Positions 26,680-42,130 of a stretch of DNA of 64,000 bases are shown in pieces. The translations under genes and the position numbers were made by a program. The stretch comes from Octopus sinensis (taxonomy: Eukaryota): positions 2,976,001 to 3,040,000 of the forward strand of contig NC_042997.1 in the NCBI RefSeq assembly GCF_006345805.1, read 5' to 3'. Each line of letters begins with the position of its first letter. The stretch's first letter is position 1. The notes under the pieces were generated by a model, which saw only the letters and a list, made by a program, of their open reading frames with translations, did not search any database and was not told the DNA's origin.

Positions 26680-28759
26680 TTACTTACATATTGCATCCAG
26701 GAAAAGGAGTCCGTAAACATTTTTTTTACGACGCGATATACTCGCGAAACCATTTGTCGTTTATCCGTTGCTTTCTTATCACAGGCTGGCATGGTCATTG
26801 ATGAAATTCTGCGATAGATCCTTCCTACCACACGCAGTTAACATTTGGCATGAGCTTTCTCAGCGTGTGGTAGGTAACAAACTATGCGCAGAGCTGCTCA
26901 ATGTTGACAATTTATTTCTTCGTTAAGGTGTTTACTCCAATTTCCGTTCCAGGATTCTTAGATTTTCTTCTGGTTGAGCTGTTTCCTTTCTTAGATTTTG
27001 CTATGAATGTATATACAGATGCTTACATAGATGCATACATATATACATGCACACGTACATACATAGATATGTGTGTATACACACAAATGTACATACACAG
27101 AAGCACAGGCACACAGACACACTGACACGCGTACATACATACATTCATAAATACATATATGTACATACAAACATACATACAAAGGTGCATACATATATAA
27201 AAGAAAGAAATTAATGTAATTCGGATGTATAGAGAAATACTATAAGAATGAGTAAAACATTTTTTTCATCTTTCTTCGTGAAACACTAAATAAAGCTAGC
27301 ATTTGTCTTTATATTTTATGGATAGCATATCTTTATTTCTTCAAAATATATCTGTAAAACAATAACACATGAAACATCCTTCCAAGTGCAGAAATATTTT
27401 AGTCAGATATGCATTAATATATTTCGCATGCATGTGTTGTTCATACATTTACTGAAATCTGTGTACATTCTTGGGTCCGTAAGTGTGCATTATTAGCTGT
27501 GTGCTTCAATTGTAGTTCCTTGCATTAAGTAGAATTCTAGAATGCAATTAAAAAACAAAAATAACATGTATTTTGGAACACAACTGTCTCGCACTCTCTG
27601 CACAGAAATAAACACATGGTAAAATATATATCCTGAAAAATAATGTATTGCAGTAGATCATTGTAAGAGAAGGAAGTAACATAAAATGTAGAAAAGCAAT
27701 GTCATTTGATATTATTTCGAGTTTTTTCACGAAAAAAAAATGCCAAATATAGATAAAGAAACAAGACAGAAAAAATAGAGTTATATAAATTTCAAAAAAG
27801 CATATTGGCAAATATATTTTAAATATTTAAAAAGATATTCGGTTTGCAATATGTTTACGCTTTAGCGAATGACGTACATATTTTTTACAGTTGAGAAAAA
27901 GAAAGAAGCGTTATAGTAGATTATATTACGAAATTCGTTAAACATATATACATGAATATGTACATACAATACCTACTTACATACACACATGTGTATGTAT
28001 ATAACATTCATCCAGGGCAGTGAAGGAATAATACTTGGAGGGGATGATGTCATTCACATAATCGCAACCATTTCTGCGCTGTCTATCTAATCCAGTCATT
28101 GACCAATTTCAATGCCACATAATTTATTGACGATGATAACTATGCTACCACATTATGATATAACTAGAAATTGTTTTCGTGCAGAGTATACCTAAGATAA
28201 AGGGCACTTTTAAAACCGAGGGATTATCACATGATCACAAACGCAAAGCAGCATAGTATCATATTTCTGTATTCTTCTTCATATGGTTGCGCTTCGATAG
28301 AAGAACCTGAGAAGTATAACTAAATTCCATAAACGTTGTAAAAAAATGTGGAAAAAAAAGTTGACTGTAGATTAATTATACTGCAGAAGGCGTAACACCT
28401 CATATATACGTTACATCATCATACTTTCTTCTTAAAATAGTTTAATACTGTTAAGTCTTCCTCAGATTACTATAAGCCCCTTCATGATTTATTTGTATAT
28501 GAGAAGAATTTTATTGGGTAAACTGATCAAATCGGAAAGGTTATAACACTGAATGCCTTCCTTATGTCAGGAATATTTCTATGATTTTTTAAATAAAATT
28601 ACTTAAATTAATACCCACAACGACAGAAGTGAAAGAAATATTATAGAGAAAACCATGCAAATTTGTTGGCAATACCATTCGTGTACTTAGCTGTAGTTCT
28701 ATCCGCAAACACACACACACACATGCTATAATCTTTCTCACTTAGCGATCCAACTAACA

Positions 28760-29130
28760 GACGCAATCTTTCAGGATAATAATGCACCAATTCACACAGA
28801 AAATGTTATTACTGAATGCACGAGGAACATTCTAGTGAAGTTGAACAAATTATCTAGTCAACAAAGTCCCCAGATCTGAACATTATTGAACATTGATGGT
28901 GAATTTTAGAAAATCAATGAGTCGACATCCTCCAACCTCATCACTAGAAAAGCTGGAGCCTGTTTTAGCTGAAGAATGCACAAAAAGTTTCCTTTGGAGA
29001 CAGGTGAAACTTTGTTCGAGTCAATCCCTTGTAGACTACAAGCTGTAATTAATGCCAAAATGCGGTCAATAGCAATATAAAATTTGTTTGAAATTTTAAG
29101 GTGCTTCTATTATTTTGTCCAACACCTGTA
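28760..29130 (+). mobile_element. Tc1-family transposon 3' end (DDE C-terminus, TIR, TA)
   Basis: DAIFQDNNAPIHT, SPDLNIIEH*W*IL and [16 protein letters not shown]. Ends in ttttgtccaacacctg followed by TA. Confidence 0.9.
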
Positions 29131-29159
29131 TGTATGTATGTATATATGTTTGCATATAC

Positions 29160-29240
<81 letters not shown>

Positions 29241-29245
29241 ATATG

Positions 29246-29303
<58 letters not shown>

Positions 29304-30469
29304 CATATATGCATGTATGTATATGAATGTGTCTAAAGCATTCCACCCGGTGCATATATATATATATATGAAGTTGTTTGCATGACGAATATTTTGTACA
29401 TATTTACATTAAAATTTACTTTATATTTTATCTATTCTAGTATCTGGTATTTCAATTCATTTGCATTTCAGTTAACCACGTGATACACATGTTCCTAAAG
29501 CAAAAGGCCATTATGTACAAGCATTTGTTATTTTGGTTAGTATCACCATGTTATAGATGCATAAACTATTTTTGTATGTTTACTTTATCACCAAATTACC
29601 TGTGCCACATAAACCACGAAATTCTATAAATCAGTCTGTAGAACATGCTGTATTTGAAGATATTTGTAAATGTTCATGAACATAAAATCTTTTATAAATG
29701 TCAAAGGAAAACCGATAAGTCCTTTCGAAAAAGAAAATATTCGTATTAGAGAGTTTACTATGTTTCAAGAGTAACATTAGCAGAGATAAATCATGATATG
29801 AAGAAATCTGGTTAATATAAATTCCTTACATCTGAAATAAATTGATAGGTTTTGCCATCCGTAAATATAAAGGGAAATTATAGAGGGTGCTTGCTGAGGA
29901 ATGCCTTAAATAGCCAATTAAAGATAATAACGACTGAGATAGTTTCTTGATCAGACTGCAATAAGTTGCTCGTTTAATGTGAAAATACTAAATCTTAAAG
30001 AAATGCGATAATAACGACAACTTCAATAAGAATTCTGTAAAGAAGAAACGTTCGATTTCTGAGTATATTATAACATCAATCTTTCTAAACCCTTTATTAG
30101 GCAGTCTTGATATATTCTTCGTTTCTTAAATGACCAGTCATATGTCGTTATTGATTCACATCAGCGTATTTCTTTCAGCGTTATGACATTTAGATACTGC
30201 TGGACGTATTGTGGTTTTATTTCCTAACTATTTGAAATATACTCAAATTGTATATAAACAACATATCGAACTATGTTCAATATATTGTGTGTTACAAACA
30301 TTTTCTTTTCATTTTTATAGGCAACAAACTGGTATTATTTACCACTAATCGAACTGCTGCATAATAGTTATACATTAAGTAATTTTCTGTACAGAATTTT
30401 CAAGTCGATATGTTTGAAAGTCTTCGTCTTTATTCATTATTTTACAAATAGTACATATTTTATATATTA

Positions 30470-30805
30470 CACCATGTTCGTTCTCTTTCCCATCTTGAAT
30501 CAGTTGGTATAATTTGTTCTTGAGAATATTGTTTCTGCTTTATAGAAAAAAGCATGGCAGAATTTCGTTGTTGTGGTGTCAAAAACTAGCAAAATTATAA
30601 TGAAACGTTTTCCATCAATGTTTAGCTCTTAGTTTCTTCCGAGGCCATCACAGATGAGTTTAAGATTGAGTATTCATGGGAAGGCACTTCTATTTCTTGA
30701 AGATCTTATTCTCATAGCTGAATCTCATTGTGGAATCTTTATGTATTTTTGTTGTTAATTCGATAATAGGAATATAAGTCTTTCAAAAATGAAGTGCTGT
30801 TTCTA
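30470..30805 (-). mobile_element. Possible RTE-like reverse transcriptase remnant
   Basis: Weak motifs IIELTTKIHKDSTM and ELNIDGKRF...FD, resembling I..IY.DST and GINIDG..L..LRFADD. Confidence 0.3.
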
Positions 30806-33100
30806 CGTTATTTCGGATTGTTATTCTAAACAAAACGGTCAGAAATTCAAAAAAAAAAAAAAGACATAATCGTTTTTCTATCTTTTCTACGTATGTACCG
30901 ATGTACTTACGTATGTATGTATTTAGGTTTGTATGCATGTATGTTCTTGTCTGCTTTTAATTATTTAAATTCTTACCTGAGGAAGATATAACTGCTAACA
31001 AAGAAACCCAGCTCCATCGTTAGAATGTAAATTACAAAAACATAAAGTAACGTTTTAAACTTCAGAAGAACCTTGAATATTTTTATTGTTTCACTTATAT
31101 ATTGGATTTGTAATATGTTAGCTAATTCCTTGATTTCTTTCCCCAAATGCATGTATGTGTGTATGTATGTATGTATGATTGTATGTATGTCTGTATGTAT
31201 GTATGCATGTGTATATGAGAAGATTTCTTTTGCCGAAATTCAAACCGACTACTGAATAAGTAGCAAAACGCTTTTGTCTAAGCAATGACTTTTCTTGAGT
31301 TTCTGAATTCATTGAGGTATTCATTTATACGAGTGTAATGTGAAAACGTACACGTGTGTGAATTCTCTTGCAATACGACAGAATAAGTGTGTGTATTTCA
31401 TTAGTGTTACTGTTTGAATGGGTGTGTGTATATGTGTGCGTGTGCACTTATATTCTATAAACGCTTCTGTGTGATTGTTCACTCTCTAACTTCAAATTTA
31501 GAGAGTTTAAAATGTCTGTATACACATACAAATGTATAATTATTCAAACACATGTACAAGCATATGTGTGTTTGTGTAGGGGCGCCAGCACGTGTACATA
31601 CTTGTATGATAAAAATAAAACAGACACAATGATGTATGTAATATTATCATAAGATATATTGCTGGTGCAAAATCATTAGCTATTAAATTGCTTCTTCTCC
31701 TTTAAATTGCAAGAAACAATACTTATTTTGTACATCCCGCAAATCATAAACATGAGTACGCTTAATATACAAACACATGTAATATTTGCAATATTCTGCA
31801 TTCCAAAAGGAGCTTAAAAGTCAATCGATAACTCAGTCTAATTATCAAAATGTATTCTATAATCCATCTTGATATGAAATTAAGTCTATAGCATAAGGAA
31901 GAAAATCAATTCATCCCAGTGCATATCCCGCTGTAAATAAACACTATTATTTTCGCTTATATCACTTAGATATACATCTTTATATCCCAGTCTTATCCAA
32001 TTTCTATTATTCTCTCTAATCAATAATATTGTTCTGGAAAAATATTATGTGTGAGGATATTTTAAAAGCAAAAGGAGCCACGTGTTCAAGGATATCAGTA
32101 TATAATGAAGTGAAAGGGGATATTGACCTAACGAAGCAAAACAAAATTTCGTGTTTTTCATTTCATTTTCCCAGCCTGGTGGTTATATACAATATATTAA
32201 AATATATTATAATTGTAACGACACTTCCGAAACATTATGTGATAAATTTGAAGTTATTTAATTTCATATTCAATCTCTTATGTTTTATGCTTATGTATAT
32301 CTCCGATATAACATGTTTTCAGTTTAAATTCAGCAGAATGCAGTAGTATTGAATATCATCCTTTATTATATTTGTTCCCAAACAAAGAAGGAAATGTGAA
32401 ATACTTATCGTATGCCAATAGACATGAATATATATGCTGTAGCATGTTTAGTTAATATAAATCGCTGGGTTAATTCTACATGGATGAACACAAGACGTTA
32501 TATTTTATAAAGGTATTTAGAATTAAAATTTTCATGAAGAAGCGGAATTTAAATACAATCAAAAAAGAACAATTGAGTATTCAATTGATATTTTGATATA
32601 TTTTTCATTTCAATAATAGTGACAAACAATGTTTCAGTTAACAAATAGTATACCATAGAAGCAAAAAATTAAATAGCAAACTGTTTCACATTTTTGTCTT
32701 GGAAATAAATACGGATAAAGGAATATTTATATCAAGCGTATCATAGTGGGTACTCTTTATTTCAAATGCATGAATAAGATCCAAGTATGTCTGTCCCTCT
32801 CATTCAAAACATGCAAACTATTTCGATGCCTGAAACTTGTTTCGTTTTAGTGGGTTTTGAGTACATAAAAATATTTCATATTCATTCTCAAGAATATATA
32901 TTTTCAAATTATTATCAGTCTGTTATCATCAAAAGTTGAAATATACTTAGTTGTTCAGAGATATGTAGGAAGAGACATTCCAGAGCGTTGGGGAATAAAC
33001 GAGGAAGAAGATGGCTCGTAGGTCGAGATGGAGTGAACGTTCAAGGATATTATGTATACATAAAAACACCCCTACACACGCGCGCGCACAGACTCTAATC

Positions 33101-33462
33101 TACATTATTTACATTTGACGGATTGTTTTCCTCATTTTGTTTGTTAACACAAAGTTTCGGCTGATTATTATATTTATAAGCCCTAAAATTCACTCCAAAA
33201 TTGCCTACGAGCATATGGCGCAGTGGTTAAGAGCGCGGGCTAAAAACCCCAAACTTCCGAGTTCGATTCCAGTCAGTGAACAGAATAATAATAATAATAT
33301 GAAGAATAAGAATAATGCCATCAAAAAGTACCTTAGGAATAAGAACCTAGATTGGAAATTTCCCAAGACACCTGAAACGTTATGTTAACATCAAACAAGA
33401 TAAGGGCAAATATCCGTCAAATGTAAATAATGTACATAATTCCTCATCTCTTAAATATAGAA
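33101..33462 (+). mobile_element. Second copy of the composite tRNA-head / inverted-arm element
   Basis: Left arm tacattatttacatttgacgga (33101) is the reverse complement of right arm tccgtcaaatgtaaataatgta (33413-33434). A box TGGCGCAGTGG at 33216-33226, B box GTTCGATTCC at 33261-33270, then (AAT)n. Tail ataattcctcatctcttaaatata is as in the 844-1228 copy. Hammerhead cores are partly deleted here. Confidence 0.85.
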
Positions 33463-34177
33463 GTGTTCAATAATCTATTTAAAAAACTGAACTGTTTTCC
33501 TCCTGTAATTATTGATATATTGACTGACTGGCCAGAGCAATTGGTCTCTAATTGACCACTGCATTCAGAAAAGTATTTCGGCTCGATGACGAAGATGTAA
33601 CGTAACAAATCACTCATTTTGATAGCTATGTTCTTTGAAAGATTACTTTAATACTTGACGAAGTGTATTCCGGCTCAAAGATAAAATCTGAAGATATTCA
33701 TATATTATAGGATCTATATTATGGAAGTAACGGCTATAAAGGGAATCGGTGGGCATTTTCTGTCAGCAATATTTATCACTCGTAATACTTCCTAAAATTA
33801 TGCCACAAAAAGCTGACCATTGAATTTAACAGGCTGCGAAATTCTGAAGAATTAACACTTGAACTACATGCACATTCGTTTGTTTGCATATGCTCCCCTG
33901 GTTGTGTGCATATATATATATATTATATATATATATATATATATACAGAGAGAGAGAGACGTTAGGAGAAGTAATGGTGTCAATAATACCAAAAGGTGTC
34001 ACGTAATGCTGAGTAAATGGTGTGGACAGACTATATTTAAGCTCCTGGTTCGGTGATTATATGAATGAAGAGTCCAACGTAGGTCATATATCAGCATGTG
34101 TATATATATAAAAAAGAATTAACAGTATGAGATAAAAATCCAAGGCTCTGGAATATTTCACAACATTTATAAATAGA

Positions 34178-34315
34178 TCTTGCAGCTGTTTTCGGGATAT
34201 ATTATATATCTCTTCATCGGAGAAGGTGTGAGAAAATCGTCAAGCAAAAGTAACTCCAGCTAACATATGAAATAGAGAGTGAAGTGGAGGAATGAAAATA
34301 GACGTGAGAAATGCT
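34178..34315 (-). mobile_element. Solo arm of the 45111-45402 fold-back family with mutated hammerhead
   Basis: Minus strand reads tct-CCGATGA-agagatatataatatatccc-GAAAA-cagctg-caaga. The plus strand shares gaggaatgaaaatagacgtgaga with aaggaatgaaaatagaagtgaga at 45220-45242. Confidence 0.65.
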
Positions 34316-34458
34316 GTAGTTCCATTATTTAGGCAGAATGGTATATATATATAAGATTCCTGTACCTTGTGAGTAAGTTCCAATAGTATTTAAAATTGGT
34401 TATTCCAAGCATAGTGTTTGTAAACGGTGTTAATACCGTTTACAAATCTATATATGTA

Positions 34459-34501
<43 letters not shown>

Positions 34502-37500
34502 ATTTATATATATATAGGGAGATAGATAGAGAGAGAGATGCATGTTTGTGTGTATGTGCATGAAAATTGAGTAGATAGTGACCGTACGTATAAATATATA
34601 CACTGTATATACGGTTAAACTAGAAAATACGTTACATTTCTCCAAATACAATGATGTTGTGCATATCGTACTTATTAAAAGGGATTCTAAATACGCGACT
34701 GGACGATATATATATTGATAATGGTTCCATAATTATAGTAATACATTGTATCAAAATTATCTTATATCAAGATAAATATATTCTTACACACAAAAAGATA
34801 AATAGTCATCCGTATATATAAACATTCATCCATCAATCTTTCATGTATCCCTTTCTCTTTCTCACTCGGTGTCTATCAGTTTCTATACATCCACAAATAT
34901 GTATGCGTGTGAATTGAATATATGTATTTAGGTATGCATGTATTTAAGTATTTCTGTGCATTTAACATTCAAAAGGAAATTAAGACCCATGCAATGTGAG
35001 ATTTCCATCTTGTATACTGAAACATGGAGATTCTCATACAAGGGGATACAATATCGGCTGAAACGACAACAAATACAAATATAATGAACACGAATAGCAC
35101 ATACGTCTACAATGAGAATAATAATACCAGAAGTAAATACAATAGTATGGATAAAAAAGAAAAAATATTTGCCACCTGCAAATACAACTGATTAAGAATA
35201 ATATCGAATGACTTTGATTTGCAGGAAAACACTGTTGTAGCTGTTTTCATTTTATTGAAGATTTGGGGGTATAAAACATTAACAATAATCATGTTTATGA
35301 TGGATAACGCTGGAAATCGTGTCGCAGTTTGATACCGATGTATTGCTGATGCATATTTTCTGTAGTTACATCACGCATCGCATTCATTGTATTGTATTTT
35401 CAGAAGTTACGATTCACATAAGTCCATAAAGGAAATATACAGCAATGACTGTCATCTAACTAAGTTTTACTGAAAATATGCACATATTTTCTTGCGATTT
35501 CACTCATGATGTATAGTTTATAGTGTATTTTGTCGAAAAAAGTTCGCATCATTCTTTTGAATCTATGTGTTCTTTGTGATCTTACATATCATGTGCTGTC
35601 AATGAAATTCATTCTAGTACCCCTAATAAAATGTTATGCACTCAAAAACTCATGAGTGTTTGAGTAGGTTGTTCAATAAAATATTCAAGACATGTTCTGT
35701 ATATTGTACATCACGTTAGAATATTAGTCTTTCAAATAATTTTTAACATTTATACGTTCTTTAAAGGTGAACTATAATCGACGAGGTCTGCACTTTCACA
35801 CCTTACCAACTTTTCCATTTGCTCACACAATTTAGCAACCGTTTAAGAGAAGTTACGTGCCTAATATATCCAGTTGTGAGATAACACTTTGAGAGTAAGA
35901 ATCCTGAAGGCGAGATGCATATGCATAAATCAATCATTAGGCCCATTTTAGCGTTGCATTTAAATAAAATTCCTTTATGTGGTCTTTCAAATTCATCCCT
36001 ACATTCGATAAACTATGAGATTTTCAATTAACGACAAAATAGTGAAAGCTGATTGGTGAGTTGCTTTATCTGCAGAGTTGTAGCATATAATTTCACAAGA
36101 CTGAACAAGAACTTCGTTTACAAGAGTATACCAACATACAAACTGGCACACGCACGCACACATACACACACACATACACACACGCAATTCAAATATAGAA
36201 TATTCTAGTGTAATTCAATCTAAGTGAATCTCGTTAATACTGATATGAATGTGAGATAATACATTTTGCGAAATATCAACAAAATAAGATGTTTCGGGTA
36301 TGACTGATGTTATGAAGAAAAAATAACTATAAATAATCAAATTTAATTAAAACTTAACATTACCCAAACCAAATTTTGTAATTGCTAATTATTTTTCACC
36401 TGTAAATCTCATAACATTTCCAGTGTTCGCTTTAATATACATTGTATAAATTGTCTGGAAATAATCCCGCCTGAATGACAAATTTTGTGGCATTAGCGTC
36501 GCTGTGGATAACAAAAAAATTCTCATGATGGTACGGTTGCTTCAATCTGCATACCGGTATAGCAATTTCAACAATCAGTTTTTGAATTCCATGCTTTAAA
36601 TAGTCAGAAATTTTGTGTTCACGAATAGGCACTTGATTTTTCCTTAGATGTATTAAGTTCTGTCGATCCTCAATTGGATACACACATTTCATGTGAATAC
36701 TGTCGCTCTCTCTCTTTCTCTCTCTTGATCAATGCCCACTTAGAGATATATGGGTATTGCGTCTGATACTATGGGAGTCTTGATACCGCATAATTTCTTG
36801 TTAATTTCTCAATAAAAGATATATATATATATATATATAATATATATATAATATGATGTCATTGAAGAAGGGGACTGACAATCAAGTGGACAGTTGGTGA
36901 CACACATTAAGCTTTTTTTTGCTTAGAGAAAGAGAATCGTGAAAATTCACGTAGAACGTTTTGCATAAATAGTTCATAACCCACTCTCCATTTCTCCTGT
37001 ATTACTCATTTTTGCCATTCTTGGTAAGTGTCCCAGTAATCTTTTGCTGACATTTGATATCAATATCTATTTATGGTGGGTTACTTTTGCTTCAGATTTG
37101 GTAATCCTATCCCTGGTTTTATATACGTCTTTAATGCCGTTTGGTCCGTAACTCTGTCTAAATTATCTATAATATTGAACATTAGATGTGCATTGTGGAT
37201 TAAGCAGATGCCCTTGTTTTTTGTTGCTTCAATTTTTGCAGCTGTTATCTTTTTTTAGTTATCGTTTTCTTGGTTTTGTTTGCGTTTGTTGCTGTTGTTT
37301 TTGGTTTGTGTATTGGTGGCGTGTTTGTACATGTCGCTGGCGGTTTTGTGCATGTGCTAATCATGTTTCTGGAGGTAACGTGAAATGCTAGATGTTTGAA
37401 AAGTAGGCTAACTTTTCCGGACGGATCTTAGATTTTGCTATTTAGGAGGAATATCTTTTTAAAATTTTATTTTGTTTTTGCTTACCTTTCTTTAGTGCGC

Positions 37501-39506
37501 GACGAAGCATTGGAGGTGAAAAGCTCAGAACACTGATATAGATCCTTACGTGTTGCTGTATCACCGTTCCTGTATTACAGCTGAATAGGGCAGCTCAGTG
37601 TTATTTTGCGGGTTTATAGAAGGGTGTTCTGTTATAGTTCTGTGATCGAAAGGTGGTGAAATTGCCACAGGCGAGGCTTATAAATTTCCTTTCCTATCTT
37701 CTGTTCTTGATTTTGCTGAGGCAGCTTTTCTTGTGTTTGTAGTTACACGCTGATGTTCTCTTTTGACAGTTGTTAGCCGCACATTTATATCATCTTTTTC
37801 ATCAGTCTGCAACCCCGACGAAGAAAACCTTTGCATCTTCCTAGAAAACTAGGTTACATATTGTTTCGAGTTCCTCTGATGAGTTCGCATCACGTCACCC
37901 ATAACTATTCTCAACAAATTCTTCTTGCTATCTTAAATCCTACATAGGATGTAAAATTAATTAGGAATTTATATCATGGCATTTGGACACCAACTCTGAT
38001 TTAGAGGCTTAGAAGGATTTGAAACAGTAATGTTTCAGTTCAACATTGAACAGAAATCAACTACATATAAAACATGAACATGATCTATGAAAAAAGTGTC
38101 TTGGAACACTGCCTTATCTTCGATAAAGCAATTTCAAAAGATATATATCCACCCTCAATTACTATCCTCCTCCCTTTCTTCCCTCTCCTTTCTCTCTCTA
38201 TATATATATTGAGAGAGAGCGAGAGAGAGAGAGAGAATATATACTTCAATTTATATATATATATAGATATGTACACACATATATATATGTATATATGTGT
38301 GCGTATATACGTGTGTGCATATACTTATGTAGATATAGTGTGTGTGCTATTTAATAAAATTGGCAATATCTCGGGACCAGCATACATATTTATAGAAATC
38401 TATCTACGTAACGAGATAATATTTTGAAGTAGCAAAATATGATAGAAAATGATATAAAGTGAAAATCAAATTGTTAAAAAAAGGACCCCTCTTTAGATAC
38501 GCCAAAGCATCTTTTTATTTCTTTCTTTGTTTAATAAATTTGTCATTATTGTGAATTATAGCCGATATTTTAAAGCTTCAATTCAAGACGAAAGGAGGAA
38601 AAAAATCTAGATAATACAGGTAATCAATAAATATATAGAAAATAACAGATAACCAATCACATATTTCTTAAGAGTCACGAATTCTGAAGAACGTTAAAGA
38701 AAATCGAAACTAATTGAAAAAAAAAGCAGAAATAAAAAGTAAACGAGATTAAGTTATTTTCTGAAAAAGTAAAGGTATACAACATTTATAGAAATAATAA
38801 GAAAACGAAATGTATTTATAAAAACCAAAACAATGAAAACGACTTCCATTTTCAATATATACAGGAATAAATATATTGTTGTTATTCATGCTGTTTGTTG
38901 TCCTTTTTTTTTCATCCATTTTATTTCTAACTTGAAATGATTTCTTTAAATTTGTTTCGTTTTGTTTGATTATAATACAATACATCCAATGTTTTTTTAA
39001 CGTGGCTGTTTCTCGAATATTTCTTCTGGAAGATTCAATCAAGAAAGAATTTTATTGGAAAAAAGTAAAAATGTAATAATAAGGGAGGGTATCACTAGCA
39101 TATCTTGAAAGCAAATTCAGGCATTCATTTTATTTTCATTTTTCACCCCAAATGTCTGTGTATATTTGCTTTTGATGTTTTCAATGCGTTCTTCGTTTCC
39201 CCGTCTTCACTCCGTTCATTATTATTTCATATCATTTAAGTCACATAAATATAGCATCTCACAAGATTAAACGAACTTCCCGTGAGGCAACAATACAACA
39301 ATTTTCACATGCTTTTTAATTTTCATAACTGATTTCCGCTCCTATGGTAATACTGTATTCAGATGACCTATTTTAGTGACACATGTTAACATGCAGTGCA
39401 GCGTAAAATGCGTTTGAAGACGTATATCATGCTGAGATCCATTCACAAACAATAAACTCGCATATACAATTATACGCAGAAGCTTTGATACTTCTATGTA
39501 TGTATG

Positions 39507-39607
<101 letters not shown>

Positions 39608-40617
39608 TTGCGTGCGTGTGTGTGTATAATGCATTTATACGTGTTAGCGTATGCGCGTGTTTCATTGTTTATCTGTTAAAGCCCAATATTATTTTTTGAT
39701 GTAATGAATTTTGTTTGAACTCCGACAGGCATGATGATTGGAAATCTGCTTTAGGATGGTGCTTATGAAGAGCGATTGGTTTTTCAGATTTTATTAATGG
39801 GGTTCAATTTAATTTTCGCTTATATTCATGCGCTGCACGCGCTACTTAATAATAAAGAAGACTTATAATTGTATTTCAATATCAGTTGAGATCCTAAACG
39901 AAAAGAAGATAAGTTATTATTCAAAAGTATTTCTACTGTTGTCTATAATAGATGACACCACAAAAGAAGGTCAATTCAACTGTGAATATTCCCTTCTTAC
40001 CACTCTTCTATTAACTCCTTAATGCTTAGTAATAGTTTTATTTAATTTAGAATTCCTTTTCACTTATTTTGTGTCAGCAATTTGCGAGAGGTATTGAACG
40101 AAGAGTTCTTAATACCAGATAGAGTGGGAAGGCTACAATTCATAGTGTGGATGATATAGCGTGTATTATATAACCTAACTATGTAAAATAATATAGATAT
40201 CCATTAAAATGTTTCATATTCTAAAAACCTAAAACAGGTAACAGAGCTTGCCGTGACGTTTAGTATTATCATTATAAATTATATTCAGAGTTATTCTTCA
40301 TATCGAGGTGAATAAAGATATGAAAATATGATGCGAATATTACTGAAATTTCTGTGACATGTTTTTTTCTAAAACTAGCTCTTCCAATTTTATCTTTATC
40401 GATCGATCGATTGATCTATTTATCTACCTCTCTGTCTATATGTCTGTCTGTCTGTCTCGTTCTTTCTCACTTTATCTCGTACAGTAATCAAAAGAATTGA
40501 AGAGTTATGCTTCTAACTGTTATTTCCTCCATGTTTCACGTTGGTGCTGAGCTAAGCAATTTTATATGTACCTCTCGACACCGCACAACTTTTGATGAAA
40601 GCGAGGCTTCAGATAAT

Positions 40618-40648
<31 letters not shown>

Positions 40649-41029
40649 TATATATATGCAATATTTCAATATCATTATTTAAAGTTGGATAGACATAGTA
40701 ATGTGTGGTTGGTTGTGAATGTGTTTATTGGATAAATATAAAAACAAAGAAAGGTAGAATGAAAGAAGTGGGGGGTATTTGTATAATTTATTGATCATAT
40801 AATTACTGAAAAAAAGATATCTATCGCTGACGTAATTATTATTCATGCGATACGTGTTGGTATTCTAGAATTGTAGAATATGTATTCGCTGATACAATTC
40901 TGCCAAGTTATGCTTTTCTTCATTATGTTAGTCTAGCTTTAATTAGTGCACAGGAACGGCTGTACTCTTTGTGTACCTAATGTTGAGTTATCTACTAAAA
41001 GTTGTGTTAGTTTTGCTGTAAATTACACT

Positions 41030-41580
41030 CATTATTATTTAGTAAAGGATGCGACACTCGAAGATCGTTTGAATCTACTTTATGCTTCTGCATTCATCTC
41101 ACTGTTTAATAAAGAGCCTGTCATTGTTACAGTTGATATGAAAGCTTCCTGTATCGTTTACAATCGCTACAGAGTTAATATTAATATAACGAATTTTCAA
41201 GTCTCCAATCTAGTGTTCTAAATATTGGCACTAGCATTAACATTGTAAAGGTATTAACAAATATGGTTTAGGTGAATGCAATTAGCTCTGACTTTAGAAA
41301 GTCTATTGTAGTTTTCTTTGTCTCCTGATTTTATTCATAACACGAATTAACAAGGAAATATCATTGGCGAGTGGGGAATGTGGATAGGTCAATGATATCC
41401 ATTTTCCTTTTTCATGAACAATCTTTCGTATTTTCTCCACCAAATTTAATCAATTTTCCTCACTATACATCATTGCTACGGGCCCTCACATTTAAGTGTT
41501 ATATATTCACAGCAGACATAAGAATGTGCCATCTGGTATTTCCAACGTGTTGTCACACTGGCGTATTCCTACAGGTATGT
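41030..41580 (-). mobile_element. Possible decayed RTE-like reverse transcriptase fragment
   Basis: GIRQCDNTL (resembling GVRQGDTL) and PLANDISLL (resembling FADDIALL) occur in the expected order. Confidence 0.35.
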
Positions 41581-41839
41581 GATACTGCACTCATATCTTT
41601 AGAAATATTTATACTCACGTGTACATCCAGTATTATTTCTGGTATATACTTAACTTAAGACGTTAGTGTGGTTTGAAGGTAATTTTACCGCTTATAAACA
41701 GTTTAGTTAAACTTACAATGAAAATGTTCTATACCCTGAGCAGCCAACACTGTATATAATTAGCATAAACGTTATAGTATTTCTTTGTTATGTAGACGGA
41801 TGGTTGTATCTTGAAATAAATTTTCTTACTTTTGCATGC

Positions 41840-42130
41840 GCAGTTCAACGATACAATTTCTCTGCGTAAGGGCCTGAGGATTTCTTTACAATACGGGGAC
41901 CGCACTCTACCACGCTGAAGTGTATGAGTAGATCGAGAATTTCAAAAAAGGCAGGAGAAGCGTGAAACACGAAGAAGGAGCAAGACACCAGTCAATATTT
42001 ATCATTTACTTGAAGATTCAACAAACTCCGGCGAAGGCTCTGGCGCACAGACAAATGACCGTCGATAAATGGTATGATCTCTGTAAACTATCCACGACAT
42101 GCTTCGCTTCCGTAAAGTCTGTGCGGAACT
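41840..42130 (+). mobile_element. Mariner transposase N-terminal (HTH) fragment
   Basis: LQYGDRTL, VYE*IENFKKGRRSVKHEEGARHQ, HRQMTVD and LRFRKVCA match YG...S...V..W...FK.G..S..D..R.GRP...LG..K..ARWVP. Confidence 0.8.

Noticed and set aside
32950-33050. Possible LINE 3' scrap (FF...PTLWN) on the minus strand
   Set aside because: Too short and degenerate to call.
34417-34446. Perfect 12-bp hairpin tttgtaaacggt-gttaat-accgtttacaaa as a terminator
   Set aside because: Eukaryotic context with no associated gene. Function unsupported.
36432-36692. 86-aa non-repetitive minus ORF
   Set aside because: No recognisable motif or clear splice boundaries, and the length is within chance expectation.
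37810-37895. CTGATGA and CCGACGA..GAAA fragments as hammerheads
   Set aside because: Could not assemble consistent stems I to III on either strand.
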